Notes: generated by a model not told the origin, from the letters alone. Counted from the first letter of the stretch, positions 1 through 9,489 are shown. The stretch is DNA of 64,000 nucleotides from Candidatus Kapaibacterium sp. (GCA_963665665.1 OY762428.1:2592001-2656000), one strand, 5' to 3'. Made by a program: numbers and translations.

Positions 1-700
1 TAGCAATCGACTTGGTGCGGGAAACAGTCAGGATAATATCTTCAGCCGGAACTGAAGCGCCCAGGTAAACAGGCCTGAATCCATGAATTGATATAAGGGC
101 TGCTATGGCAAGCCCTGCAAGCTCGTGGTTCTGGTTCACCGGAGAGGCAATTACAACAGGTGGCGCGCTGTCAGTTGTACTGTTGTCGATTATTGATCCC
201 AGGGAATTTCTAATCATTGCCGAGGCGAAATGCTCGTTTGAAATTCTCAACTCGCCACTTTCCCAGCGATTCCCGATTTCTTTAAGCAGGGGTAGGATGA
301 ACATTATTATATAGTCAGTCCTTGATAATTTTATCAGCATAGAATCAAGTATATTTTTTAAGCCGGCCGAATTAAAATTTTTGACAGCTTCAATGGCATC
401 ATTTATACTATTATTGTTATCAGATTGATCAGAAGCAACATTTTCTCTGCTATTTTCTACAATTTCGCTGATCTCGTCAACAGACATCCGGGCAAGTTCA
501 CCAATCTTGAAACCATTACTTATTGCATCCCTAATAAGCAGGAGCTTGTTCAGATCATCATCCGAATACATACGCCTGTTTGTTTCTGTCCTTACCGGAT
601 TAATAATATTATACCTGTTTTCCCATGTTCTGAGCAACAACTGGCTCAACCCCGTCTTGTTCGAGATATATTTAATCGGATATTTTAAATCACTTTCCAT
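1..700 (-). CDS. MerR-family regulator with cobalamin-binding domain (CarH/LitR-like B12 photoreceptor); 3' end outside window
   Basis: Hand translation from ATG at 700: MESDLKYPIKYISNKTGLSQLLLRTWENRY...TETNRRMYS (MerR HTH, RxWExRY), then IGNRWESGELRISNEHFAS (W-x9-EH motif of CarH) and NHELAG (B12 His ligand motif). Open to the window edge, so absent from the ORF track. Confidence 0.9.
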   Translation of the reverse strand, partial: MESDLKYPIKYISNKTGLSQLLLRTWENRYNIINPVRTETNRRMYSDDDLNKLLLIRDAISNGFKIGELARMSVDEISEIVENSRENVASDQSDNNNSINDAIEAVKNFNSAGLKNILDSMLIKLSRTDYIIMFILPLLKEIGNRWESGELRISNEHFASAMIRNSLGSIIDNSTTDSAPPVVIASPVNQNHELAGLAIAALISIHGFRPVYLGASVPAEDIILTVSRTKSIA

Positions 701-718
701 ATTAATTTGCTATAAATT

Positions 719-923
719 TATACACAAAATCCATTTTCTATACAGACGCTTTACAAAGTTAATAATTTTTTTTAAATTTTTTATAAAATCTATACAATAA
801 CTATACAATGCTTTCGTTCTTCATTACAAGTTCATTGACAAATTAATTGAAAAGCAATAAAATTAAAGGGTTTTATTAGCAATATAAAAAAAATCAAACA
901 AGAACATGTATAGAATTTGTATA
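719..923. promoter_or_regulatory. Candidate CarH operator repeats (TnnACA, 11-bp period) in divergent promoter region
   Basis: TATACA 739 / TTTACA 750; TATACA 791 / TATACA 802 / TTGACA 835 (802+33); opposite strand TGTATA 907 / TGTATA 918; extra TATACA at 719. Confidence 0.7.
835..863 (+). promoter_or_regulatory. Sigma70-type promoter for the small-gene array
   Basis: TTGACA (835-840), 17-nt spacer, TAAAAT (858-863). Confidence 0.65.
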
Positions 924-952
924 ATTTATAATTTATAATGAAGGAGACAGAA

Positions 953-1123
953 ATGTCATCAATAAGCGAAATCAAAAGCCGCATATCAGTAAAATGGATC
1001 AAAGCAGAATCAGGAAACACATACCTTTGCCCGGCAAATGTGATGGAAAAACTTGACAACCCGACAGAAGAAGATCTTATGAGGTACTGTGTGAACGAAT
1101 CCGAAAATCCGCAGAACGACTAA
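953..1123 (+). CDS. Small protein, tandem copy 1 (56 aa)
   Basis: RBS AAGGAG then ATG 953; MSSISEIKSRISVKWIKAESGNTYLCPANVMEKLDNPTEEDLMRYCVNESENPQND. The ORF track starts it at 938. Confidence 0.85.
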   Translation: MSSISEIKSRISVKWIKAESGNTYLCPANVMEKLDNPTEEDLMRYCVNESENPQND

Positions 1124-1173
1124 TAAAAAATTGAAACAAAAAAAATAAAATTATAATAATCAGGAGATACAAA

Positions 1174-1347
1174 ATGGATAGCAAAACAAGCGAAATCAAA
1201 AGCCGCATATCAGTAAAATGGATCAAAGCAGAATCAGGAAACACATACCTTTGCCCGGCAAATGTGATGGAAAAACTTGACAACCCGACAGAAGAAGAAC
1301 TTATAAGGTACTGTGTGAACGAATCCGAAAATCCGCAGAACGACTAA
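1174..1347 (+). CDS. Small protein, tandem copy 2 (57 aa)
   Basis: CAGGAG RBS; MDSKTSEIKSR...TEEELIRYCVNESENPQND, stop TAA. Confidence 0.85.
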   Translation: MDSKTSEIKSRISVKWIKAESGNTYLCPANVMEKLDNPTEEELIRYCVNESENPQND

Positions 1348-1397
1348 TAAAAAATTGAAACAAAAAAAATAAAATTATAATAATCAGGAGATACAAA

Positions 1398-1571
1398 ATG
1401 GATAGCAAAACAAGCGAAATCAAAAGCCGCATATCAGTAAAATGGATCAAAGCAGAATCAGGAAACACATACCTTTGCCCGGCAAATGTGATGGAAAAAC
1501 TTGATAATCCGACAGAAGAAGACCTTATGAGGTACTGCGTGAACGAATCCGAAAACCCGCAGAACGACTAA
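1398..1571 (+). CDS. Small protein, tandem copy 3 (57 aa)
   Basis: CAGGAG RBS; MDSKT...TEEDLMRYC...PQND. Confidence 0.85.
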   Translation: MDSKTSEIKSRISVKWIKAESGNTYLCPANVMEKLDNPTEEDLMRYCVNESENPQND

Positions 1572-1622
1572 TAAAAAAATTGAAACAAAAAATATAAAAT
1601 TATATTAATCAGGAGATACAAA

Positions 1623-1796
1623 ATGGAAAGCAAAACAAGCGAAATTAAAAGCCGCATATCAGTAAAATGGATCAAAGCAGAATCAGGAAACACATACCTT
1701 TGCCCGGCAAGTGTGATGGAAAAACTTGACAACCCGACAGAAGAAGAACTTATGAGGTACTGCGTGAACGAATCCGAAAACCCGCAGAACGACTAA
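1623..1796 (+). CDS. Small protein, tandem copy 4 (57 aa)
   Basis: CAGGAG RBS; MESKT...CPASVMEK...TEEELMRYC...PQND. Confidence 0.85.
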   Translation: MESKTSEIKSRISVKWIKAESGNTYLCPASVMEKLDNPTEEELMRYCVNESENPQND

Positions 1797-1847
1797 TAAA
1801 AAAATTGAAACAAAAAATATAAAATTATAATAATCAGGAGATACAAA

Positions 1848-2021
1848 ATGGAAAGCAAAACAAGCGAAATTAAAAGCCGCATATCAGTAAAATGGATCAA
1901 AGCAGAATCAGGAAACACATACCTTTGTCCGGCAAATGTGATGGAAAAACTTGACAACCCGACAGAAGAAGAACTTATGAGGTACTGTGTGAACGAATCC
2001 GAAAACCCGCAGAACGACTAA
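1848..2021 (+). CDS. Small protein, tandem copy 5 (57 aa)
   Basis: CAGGAG RBS; MESKT...TEEELMRYC...PQND. Confidence 0.85.
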   Translation: MESKTSEIKSRISVKWIKAESGNTYLCPANVMEKLDNPTEEELMRYCVNESENPQND

Positions 2022-2066
2022 TAAAAAAATTGAAAAAAAATTAAATTATAATAATCAGGAGTTAAC

Positions 2067-2240
2067 ATGGAAAGCAAAACAAGCGAAATTAAAAGCCGCA
2101 TATCAGTAAAATGGATCAAAGCAGAATCAGGAAATACATACCTTTGCCCGGCAAATGTGATGGAAAAACTTGACAACCCGACAGAAGAAGAACTTATGAG
2201 GTACTGCGTGAACGAATCCGAAAACCCGCAGAACGACTAA
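2067..2240 (+). CDS. Small protein, tandem copy 6 (57 aa)
   Basis: CAGGAG RBS; MESKT...TEEELMRYC...PQND. Confidence 0.85.
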   Translation: MESKTSEIKSRISVKWIKAESGNTYLCPANVMEKLDNPTEEELMRYCVNESENPQND

Positions 2241-2275
2241 AAACGAATGTCATACCTTTAAAAATATTGTTACCG

Positions 2276-2308
2276 AAAGAGGCTGCCAAACGACAGCCTC
2301 TTTTTTTA
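2276..2308 (+). terminator. Rho-independent terminator closing the six-gene array
   Basis: AAAGAGGCTG-loop-CAGCCTCTTT followed by a T run. Confidence 0.85.
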
Positions 2309-2330
2309 ATTTTTTTATGTTCTTAGCAGA

Positions 2331-3053
2331 TCAGAAGGCAAAAACAAGTTTGAAGACATCACTCCAGTGAGTAATTGCCAGGCGATAGCCGAGGAAAGTA
2401 CCGAAACCAACAAAAGTAATACCGGCAAACTGCCTGATCCTTGTGATCATGTTAGTTGACATTCTTTCCTTAAAATGATTTACTATCCTGACAAGAGTTT
2501 GAAGCCAGACAAAATTACCTATACCAAATCCGAGAGCAAATCCCAATCCGGCAATAGTAGTGCTTTCAATCAGTTTGAATTCCTGAACGTTGAGTGTTAC
2601 ATAAGCTATTGACGGGAGAAATGTGGGATTAGGAAGATTAGTAAGGGAAAGAGCAATACCAAGAAGGAATGGCCCTCTTTTCATCAGGTTGTCTATGAAT
2701 TTCGGGTTGTTAGTTTTTAATTGTGTATCAAAATCAGCATCATTTGCGTCTTTCCGGGATTTAAGGTTCAATATTCCAAAAATTACCATCGCAAGAACAA
2801 TGGAGAGCTGAATAACAAACATGATGTAGGGATGATCAATTGAAAAACCACCTACAGCCGACATTGCCGCTTTTGTAGCAAACAAAGCAGCCAAACAATA
2901 AAACATATCTAATAATGCAGTTCCGAGAGCCATTTTAATTCCGGGCCGGATATTACCCAATAGCCCGTACTGAATGGCTGTTACGCCAATCGGCCCCGGA
3001 GGCATGGCCAGCACGAAACCAACCAAAAAACCAACAAGTATTGCAATAATCAC
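2331..3053 (-). CDS. LysE-family translocator
   Basis: N-terminal GFVLAMPPGP motif, LTNLPNP motif, six hydrophobic segments. Confidence 0.8.
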   Translation of the reverse strand: MIIAILVGFLVGFVLAMPPGPIGVTAIQYGLLGNIRPGIKMALGTALLDMFYCLAALFATKAAMSAVGGFSIDHPYIMFVIQLSIVLAMVIFGILNLKSRKDANDADFDTQLKTNNPKFIDNLMKRGPFLLGIALSLTNLPNPTFLPSIAYVTLNVQEFKLIESTTIAGLGFALGFGIGNFVWLQTLVRIVNHFKERMSTNMITRIRQFAGITFVGFGTFLGYRLAITHWSDVFKLVFAF

Positions 3054-3466
3054 ATGCGCCTCGATTAATCCAACATAATCGCAGGGCAGCGCAAAGTATT
3101 TGTTTTCAATCTATTATCAATCAAGCTTAGTGTCAGTGTCCTTTATCTTTTCGTCAGCCTTTCCTTCAAAGAACAGGCTTTTATCTCCGCTAAAACAAAA
3201 CTGCCCTATCAAAAAAATAGTTAGATAGTTATTATATCAATGTTCGAAAATTGCACAAGTGTGCAAATAATTACACACAATCTACGAAAAGCTTACTAAA
3301 TATCCAAAAAAATGTCTTCTTCCACCTATTTAGATTATTAGCTGATACTAAACATTGCTATTTGAAATATATCAAAAAAAATGAAAAAAAATTGCTAAAG
3401 TTTATATACTTTAATGCCGAGACTATAAACGGGTATTTGTATCTGTATTTTAATTTGTGGAATAAT

Positions 3467-4342
3467 TTGTTCGAAACCGGAAACATAGAAGCAATCATTC
3501 AACCTACTTTCACAAAGCCAATAAGTGAAAGCAGGGAGAACTCTTTATACAGGAATTATCTTAATGATTCTGACGGCCGGGAGAATAACACAAAACAGCA
3601 GGACAGATTCACTCCTTCATCCGCCGACAGGAGTATGGATGATTATACTAAATTGATAAAACAAAACCTGGGAAATCCTGTTCCCGTCAATGAAACATCC
3701 ACGGATGAAGCAGAAAGACAGGCCGGAAATAATTCCGAAAAAACATCATCTGCTAACAACGAAAATACGAAAAATGCTTCTTCTACCGACGGATTAACTG
3801 ATGAAGAAAGAGCCGAGGTAAGAGAATTGCAGCAAACAGATGCCGAAGTAAAGGCCCATGAATCTGCTCACATTGCTGCCGGGGGCAGCCTTGTTCGTGG
3901 CGGTGCCAGTTTCGAGTACCAAAAAGGGCCTGACGGAAAGCAATATGCAGTGGGTGGAGAAGTTCATATTGATATTAGTAAGGTTAGTGGCGATCCTGAA
4001 GCAACTATCAGAAAAATGCAGAAGGTAAGAACGGCCGCTTTAGCACCCGCCGATCCTTCTTCGCAGGACAGGATGGTTGCGGCACGTGCTTCCTCGATTG
4101 AGGCGCAGGCAAGAACCGAGCTGTCCAAACAAAGGGCGGAAGCGAGTCAATCCACAAATGATACAAATAATATCAATTTTGATAATCGTGGAAAATCGTC
4201 GGAAAACAGTAATTCCCAAAAGGCCAATTCCGAATCATCAACACCCTCAATTTATCAAGGCTCCGGCGTAGAAAGCCTGGATGTGTACCTAAAGGCCCAA
4301 AAAGAAAATCAATTACCAGGATATGTAAACCGCACTGCCTGA
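3467..4342 (+). CDS. SprA-related family protein (putative metalloprotease, CJM1_0395-like)
   Basis: EVKAHESAH...YQKGPDGKQYAVGGEVHID...ALAPADPSSQD signature. Start uncertain: TTG 3467 chosen, frame open from 3251. Confidence 0.8.
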   Translation: MFETGNIEAIIQPTFTKPISESRENSLYRNYLNDSDGRENNTKQQDRFTPSSADRSMDDYTKLIKQNLGNPVPVNETSTDEAERQAGNNSEKTSSANNENTKNASSTDGLTDEERAEVRELQQTDAEVKAHESAHIAAGGSLVRGGASFEYQKGPDGKQYAVGGEVHIDISKVSGDPEATIRKMQKVRTAALAPADPSSQDRMVAARASSIEAQARTELSKQRAEASQSTNDTNNINFDNRGKSSENSNSQKANSESSTPSIYQGSGVESLDVYLKAQKENQLPGYVNRTA

Positions 4343-4491
4343 AAGAATTTATTTTACTTGCATGTGATCAATAGTTTTTATAAAATCAATGCTGTTTGGA
4401 CAGTTTGGTTATTAATTTATATAAAAATAAATTATTGATAATATCCCGTTTATTTTTTAAGTTTAAACAAACAACAATAAGGGGAATTATT

Positions 4492-5535
4492 TTGTTTAAA
4501 CTGAAAACTATATTAATATTATCTCTGCTTTTTTACCCGACCTGCCACGAGTTGACGGCGTCGGAACCTGTTCCTGTTTTTACGGGTGTAATAAAGAAAA
4601 ACAGTACAGTGCCGGCGTTCGAGGTAAATGCTGTAATAAAATATCCCGAAATTACAAGAGTAGCGACGGAAATACCCGGCAAAGCAGATAAGGTTTTTAT
4701 TGAAGAAGGCCGTAAAGTCCGGGCGGGTGAAATTCTTGTGAAATTGAACAGCGATATTCTTGAAAAGGAACGGGAATCACAGCAAGCACTTTATGATGAG
4801 GAAGCGGCAAATAATGATATGTTGAAATGGGAACTTGAAAGATTCGACACACTGCTGCAGGCCGGTGATATTCCGCTAAGTAAGTTCAAATACAAAAAAG
4901 CTGAATTTTTAAAGAGCTCCGCCAGGCTTAGAAGCCTTGAAGCTGATCTTCAGAAAACAGCAATTATGATTGATAAAATGTCAGTACGCGCACCATTCAG
5001 CGGAATAATCACCTCAAAACCTATAAACGAAGGAAGCTGGGTGGAGAAGGGCAGTTCCGTTGCTGAAATTGCAGCAACAGATGTTGTTGATATAATTGCC
5101 TCGGTACCTGCCGGGAAAATCAATCTAATTCATCCCGGCAGCAAGGCTATTATAAAATGCGGTGATTCCGAGATAAATGCCGGTGTATTCTCTGTTCTGC
5201 CAAAAGGCGATCCGGATTCAAGGACTTTCCCGGTGATTATACGCATAAATAATGAAGCTAATCTGATGGGTGGAATGAATGCAAAAGCAATATTTACCCT
5301 GCCAGAATCCGACAATTCATTTATCATTTCCCGTGATGCCGTAATTAGCAGAAATGACAAATATTCTATATTTATTGCCGCCCAGGATAAAGCAAAACAA
5401 ATTGATATCAAAATAATTGAATGGGCAGGAAAAAATGTTATTGTAAAATCGCCCGAACTGAATGAATCAATGAAATTAATCATCAGGGGTAACCAGTTTT
5501 TAACTGACGGACAGGCTATAATTATTAAACGATAA
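4492..5535 (+). CDS. RND efflux periplasmic adaptor (MFP)
   Basis: EEGRKVRAGEILVKL, VRAPFSGII and DPDSRTFPV motifs; TTG 4492 follows AAGGGG. Confidence 0.9.
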   Translation: MFKLKTILILSLLFYPTCHELTASEPVPVFTGVIKKNSTVPAFEVNAVIKYPEITRVATEIPGKADKVFIEEGRKVRAGEILVKLNSDILEKERESQQALYDEEAANNDMLKWELERFDTLLQAGDIPLSKFKYKKAEFLKSSARLRSLEADLQKTAIMIDKMSVRAPFSGIITSKPINEGSWVEKGSSVAEIAATDVVDIIASVPAGKINLIHPGSKAIIKCGDSEINAGVFSVLPKGDPDSRTFPVIIRINNEANLMGGMNAKAIFTLPESDNSFIISRDAVISRNDKYSIFIAAQDKAKQIDIKIIEWAGKNVIVKSPELNESMKLIIRGNQFLTDGQAIIIKR

Positions 5536-5541
5536 TAAATC

Positions 5542-8500
5542 ATGAAACTGATCGAATCATCCATAAAAAATCCGATTCCGGTATTTACAACAATATTCCT
5601 TGTTTTTGTACTCGGAATAATCAGTTTTATTAATATGCCATATCAATTAACTCCGTCGGTTGATGAGCCTATGGTTTCGGTTTTTACGGAATGGCCCGGC
5701 GCAACTCCGCATGAAGTGGAAAGAGAAATTATTGAGGAGCAGGAAAAGGTTTTGATAGGTATCCCCGGAATGATTGAAATGGAAAGCTCTGCCAATAACG
5801 GGAATGGCCTGGTTGACCTGACTTTCGAGATTGGTACTGATGTTGACCAGGCAATGAACCGTGTTTCGAATAAACTTAATGAAGTGCCATATTACCCCGA
5901 AAATGTAGAAAATCCTGTTGTGAAAAGATCAGGCGAAAGCCAGGCGCCAAAGATATGGATGGTTCTCAGCACACTTGATGATAATAACAGAGATATTAAT
6001 ACATATCGTTCTTATCTCGAGGACGAACTTCTTCCCGAACTTCTTTCAATTGACGGTGTGGCTGATATTGTTTTATTCGGTGGCGCAAAATCCCAAATGG
6101 AAGTTGTAGTTGATTTACAAAAGCTTGCATCCTATGGAATAACGATTAGCCGGTTGATACAAATTCTGAAAAATGAGAATGTGAATATTTCAGCAGGTAT
6201 TCAGCAGGTCGGAGCAAAAGATTATCGTATCAGGACAACAGCCCAGTTCGCATCCCCGGAAGGCCTCGCCAATACAGTACTATTCTCTGACAGCTCGCGG
6301 ACGGTTTACCTGCATGATGTTGCTTTTGTTAAGGAGGGTATTGCCAGGCTTAAAACATATTTCAGGTTCGACAGAATGAAAGACCTCGGCCCGGAAGATT
6401 CCCTTGCAGCCCTGAACAGCCCAAGATACAAGATCGTCTCCGCGAAAAATGGTAAAAACCGATGGCATAAAATGGTTGCCGGGCTTGATATTGGAGTGAA
6501 GGCAGAAGCTGATGCCAATATTATTGAACTAACGGATAAACTTGGCCAGCAGGTCGAAAAACTGAATAGCCGGGTATTGCAAAAAGAAGGGCTTTTCCTT
6601 GAAATAGTTTATGATGAAAGAAGCTATCCACTTGCAGCCCTTTCAATAGTCGAGGACAACATTATTTTCTCCTGTATTCTTGCAGTCAGTATATTATTTA
6701 TTTTCCTCAGGAATTTCTCATCTACGTCAATAGTTGCATTTGTTATACCGGTTACCATTGTCAGCACTTTTATCATGATGTATTTTCTCGGCCTTTCGCT
6801 GAATGTAGTAAGCCTTGCCGGAATATCATTTGCAGTTGGTATGCTTATCGACAACTCCATTGTAGTTATTGAAAATATCGAGAGGAACAAATCTCTTGGG
6901 AAATCATTATTTCAATCCTCAGTTGACGGCGCCAGGCAGGTCTGGCCTGCAGTACTGGCATCCACGCTGACAACGGTTGCCGTTTTCCTTCCGGTAGTTT
7001 TCCTTAAGCAGGAAGCAGGGCAGCTGTTCCGGGATATATCAATAGCAGTGTCAACAGCTACATTGCTCAGCCTGTTTGCATCTGTGATAGTTATTCCCGT
7101 ATTGGTTCATTTCTTTGATTTCAAAAAAATCAGAAAAGCAATAAAATTCCCTTATCATAAAAAATTAAAAAGTTCTTTCAATAATTCAATCGAAAATATC
7201 GGCAACAGGATTTTTTCTTTCTTTGAAAGGTCCCTGGAATTCAGCCTAAAAAACAGGATTAGAAGGCTTGGGATTATAATTTCCATATTAATATGTACTA
7301 TTTTAATTGCTCTTTTTCTTATTCCCGATATGGAATATTTGCCTCAGGGAAACAGAAATTTTCTACTGAATATTATTATTCCGCCGGCCGGAACCTCTTA
7401 CGACGAAAGAGAACAATTTGCCGATCACTTCTTTAAGGAACTGGAACCCTATTTCGGAGTTGATAAAGACGGATTTCCATCTATAGAATATACTTTTATT
7501 GTCGGGGGCGAGGACCTGATATTCTGCGGTGCGCAAACCACTGACGAGGAAAGATGCGGAGAACTTGTTCCGCTATATTCACGTGTGGCCAATTCATACC
7601 CAGGAATATTCGGTATCAGTATGCAAAGCGGAATATTTCAGAACAGGCTGGGCAGATCAAGGACGGTAAGCTTGGATATAAGCGGCGGCGAGCAGGATGA
7701 AATATTGAAAGTAGCAGGCATTCTTATGAATGAAAAGATACCTGCTGTTTTAAAGAATTCACAGATCAGGGCCGTACCATCGCTCGACGTTTCTTATCCG
7801 GAAGTAAGATTTATTCCCAAAAGGGAAGCCCTCGCGGCAAACAGATTAAGCTCGGATGATTTCGGGAAATTAGTTGACGTTATGCTGGACGGAAGAAAAA
7901 TCGGAGATTATAAAGAGGAAGGCAGAAAAAAAATTGATTTCGTGGTTAAATGTTCAAGGTCGGATATAAGGGGCCCGGAAGATATTTATTCTGCAATAGT
8001 ACCACTGCCGGGCGGCAAATCCGTAAACCTGTTTGAACTGGCCAATATGGACAAAACATTCGGCCTGACCCAAATACGCCATTTGAATACGAAAAGAACA
8101 GTTACGCTTGAAGTTAACCTGCCGCAGGAAATACCTCTTGAGCAGGCTATTAACAAAATAAATGACAATATTATTCCCGAAATGCGTAATGAGGGATTAC
8201 TGGACAATGTAGAGATCAGTTCAAGCGGAAATTCCGGTAAATTTACTGAAACAAAACAGGCGCTAAAGTGGAATATTATCATTGCAGTAATAATATTATA
8301 TTTCATCATGGCAATAATTTTCAAGCATTTCCTCTACCCGGTAATCGTGATGATAAACGTGCCTTTAGCCCTTGCCGGAGGTTTTATCGGGCTGAAATTT
8401 GCGAATATACTTGTCGCCCCTACAGCCTTTGATATTATGACGATTCTTGGATTTATCATGCTTATCGGTATGGTGGTAAACAACCCGATATTGATCATTC

Positions 8501-8763
8501 ATCAGTCGCTGTTGAATATTAAGTCCGGAGGTATGAATTACCGGGATGCCGTTATTGATGCCGTCCTGAGCAGGATAAAACCAATTTACATGAGTGTGCT
8601 TACCACATTTTTCGGGTTACTTCCATTAGTGCTTGCACCGGGAGCAGGTTCCGAGCTTTACCGAGGCCTTGGAAGCGTGGTTCTGTCCGGGCTTTTCATT
8701 TCAACATTTTTCACAGTCTATCTCGTTCCGGCTTTGCTTCTTCTTTTTGTAAAGAAAAGCTGA
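5542..8763 (+). CDS. RND efflux permease (AcrB/AcrD/AcrF family)
   Basis: 1073 aa; GMLIDNSIVVIENI, VNNPIL and RIKPIYMS motifs; 12-TM pattern. Confidence 0.95.
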   Translation: MKLIESSIKNPIPVFTTIFLVFVLGIISFINMPYQLTPSVDEPMVSVFTEWPGATPHEVEREIIEEQEKVLIGIPGMIEMESSANNGNGLVDLTFEIGTDVDQAMNRVSNKLNEVPYYPENVENPVVKRSGESQAPKIWMVLSTLDDNNRDINTYRSYLEDELLPELLSIDGVADIVLFGGAKSQMEVVVDLQKLASYGITISRLIQILKNENVNISAGIQQVGAKDYRIRTTAQFASPEGLANTVLFSDSSRTVYLHDVAFVKEGIARLKTYFRFDRMKDLGPEDSLAALNSPRYKIVSAKNGKNRWHKMVAGLDIGVKAEADANIIELTDKLGQQVEKLNSRVLQKEGLFLEIVYDERSYPLAALSIVEDNIIFSCILAVSILFIFLRNFSSTSIVAFVIPVTIVSTFIMMYFLGLSLNVVSLAGISFAVGMLIDNSIVVIENIERNKSLGKSLFQSSVDGARQVWPAVLASTLTTVAVFLPVVFLKQEAGQLFRDISIAVSTATLLSLFASVIVIPVLVHFFDFKKIRKAIKFPYHKKLKSSFNNSIENIGNRIFSFFERSLEFSLKNRIRRLGIIISILICTILIALFLIPDMEYLPQGNRNFLLNIIIPPAGTSYDEREQFADHFFKELEPYFGVDKDGFPSIEYTFIVGGEDLIFCGAQTTDEERCGELVPLYSRVANSYPGIFGISMQSGIFQNRLGRSRTVSLDISGGEQDEILKVAGILMNEKIPAVLKNSQIRAVPSLDVSYPEVRFIPKREALAANRLSSDDFGKLVDVMLDGRKIGDYKEEGRKKIDFVVKCSRSDIRGPEDIYSAIVPLPGGKSVNLFELANMDKTFGLTQIRHLNTKRTVTLEVNLPQEIPLEQAINKINDNIIPEMRNEGLLDNVEISSSGNSGKFTETKQALKWNIIIAVIILYFIMAIIFKHFLYPVIVMINVPLALAGGFIGLKFANILVAPTAFDIMTILGFIMLIGMVVNNPILIIHQSLLNIKSGGMNYRDAVIDAVLSRIKPIYMSVLTTFFGLLPLVLAPGAGSELYRGLGSVVLSGLFISTFFTVYLVPALLLLFVKKS

Positions 8764-8773
8764 ACAAATCCTT

Positions 8774-9370
8774 TTAAAAAGCGATAAACCCTGCAAGATG
8801 TTCAGCTTCTGTTAGATGAACCAAAATGCTGTCGTCAACAAGTGTCTGTACAGCTTCCTTGGCTTCGGGTACACTTATTTTGTGCTTATATGCAAAATGC
8901 CATATATCGATAGCATCAATTGATATTTCAAGCGCGAGCATTTGTGCATTGGTAAGCTCTTTTTTATCCATGAATCGCTTCTGAACGGATTCAATATAGA
9001 ACTTTGCCTCTTTGTCCACAATATGAGCCGGATCGAAATAATAGTTTTCCGCTTCGAGCAGGTCGCAAATCGGATACCCACGGCCGGTATTCTTTACAAG
9101 TAACGGCAGAAATGAAACTCCCACAACATAAGGTTCTTCTTCCGGATTGCCCCAAAGGTCATTCCATACCGGAGAGTCCGATTCCTTCAGCCATTCGAAA
9201 AAAGCCCTTTCTTTGCCGGGCAGCCTTATAAAATTTGTAGCGGCAAGATTTCTCGCAAGGAAATCTGCCGTTTCCTCATCTATACTATTAAAAATATCAT
9301 CAGGAAAATCTATCAGGCCGTTATCTTCCGATTCCTTCACGCACCATACAAGCAGATCATTTTTATCCAT
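8774..9370 (-). CDS. Hypothetical protein
   Basis: 198-aa ORF, ATG start, fills the gap between flanking genes. Confidence 0.75.
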   Translation of the reverse strand: MDKNDLLVWCVKESEDNGLIDFPDDIFNSIDEETADFLARNLAATNFIRLPGKERAFFEWLKESDSPVWNDLWGNPEEEPYVVGVSFLPLLVKNTGRGYPICDLLEAENYYFDPAHIVDKEAKFYIESVQKRFMDKKELTNAQMLALEISIDAIDIWHFAYKHKISVPEAKEAVQTLVDDSILVHLTEAEHLAGFIAF

Positions 9371-9489
9371 TTATTGCACCGATTCTATAAATTTCTAATT
9401 ATCAATAATATACAGACTACAAAAATAGGAATAATTTTTTTCAGTGAAAAATATTCATTGCATATTTCGGGAAAATGTGATAATTTTAC

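Larger units (their letters stand above)
953..2240 (+). repeat. Tandem array of six ~219-225 bp gene-plus-spacer units
   Basis: Stop codons at 1123, 1347, 1571, 1796, 2021 and 2240; coding parts nearly identical, A-rich spacers similar. Confidence 0.95.

Noticed and set aside
105-800. Plus-strand ORFs 105-314, 425-688 and 507-800
   Set aside because: Antisense to the CarH-like gene, which carries clear family motifs.
832-1283. Minus-strand ORFs MSSFSITFAGQRY...
   Set aside because: Antisense shadows of the repeated plus-strand genes, which have the RBSs, promoter and terminator.
953-2240. CRISPR array or RiPP precursor cluster
   Set aside because: The repeats are ~170-nt coding units with similar rather than unique spacers, and no cas genes are present. 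No modifying enzyme, peptidase-transporter or variable core is adjacent within the window, so RiPP is unsupported, though genes left of the window cannot be seen.
3083-3207. Riboswitch upstream of the LysE gene (AGGGCAG/CTGCCCT closing stem, inner AGCCT/AGGCT)
   Set aside because: Stems are short and I could not match lysine, glycine or yybP-ykoY consensus; needs an Rfam scan.
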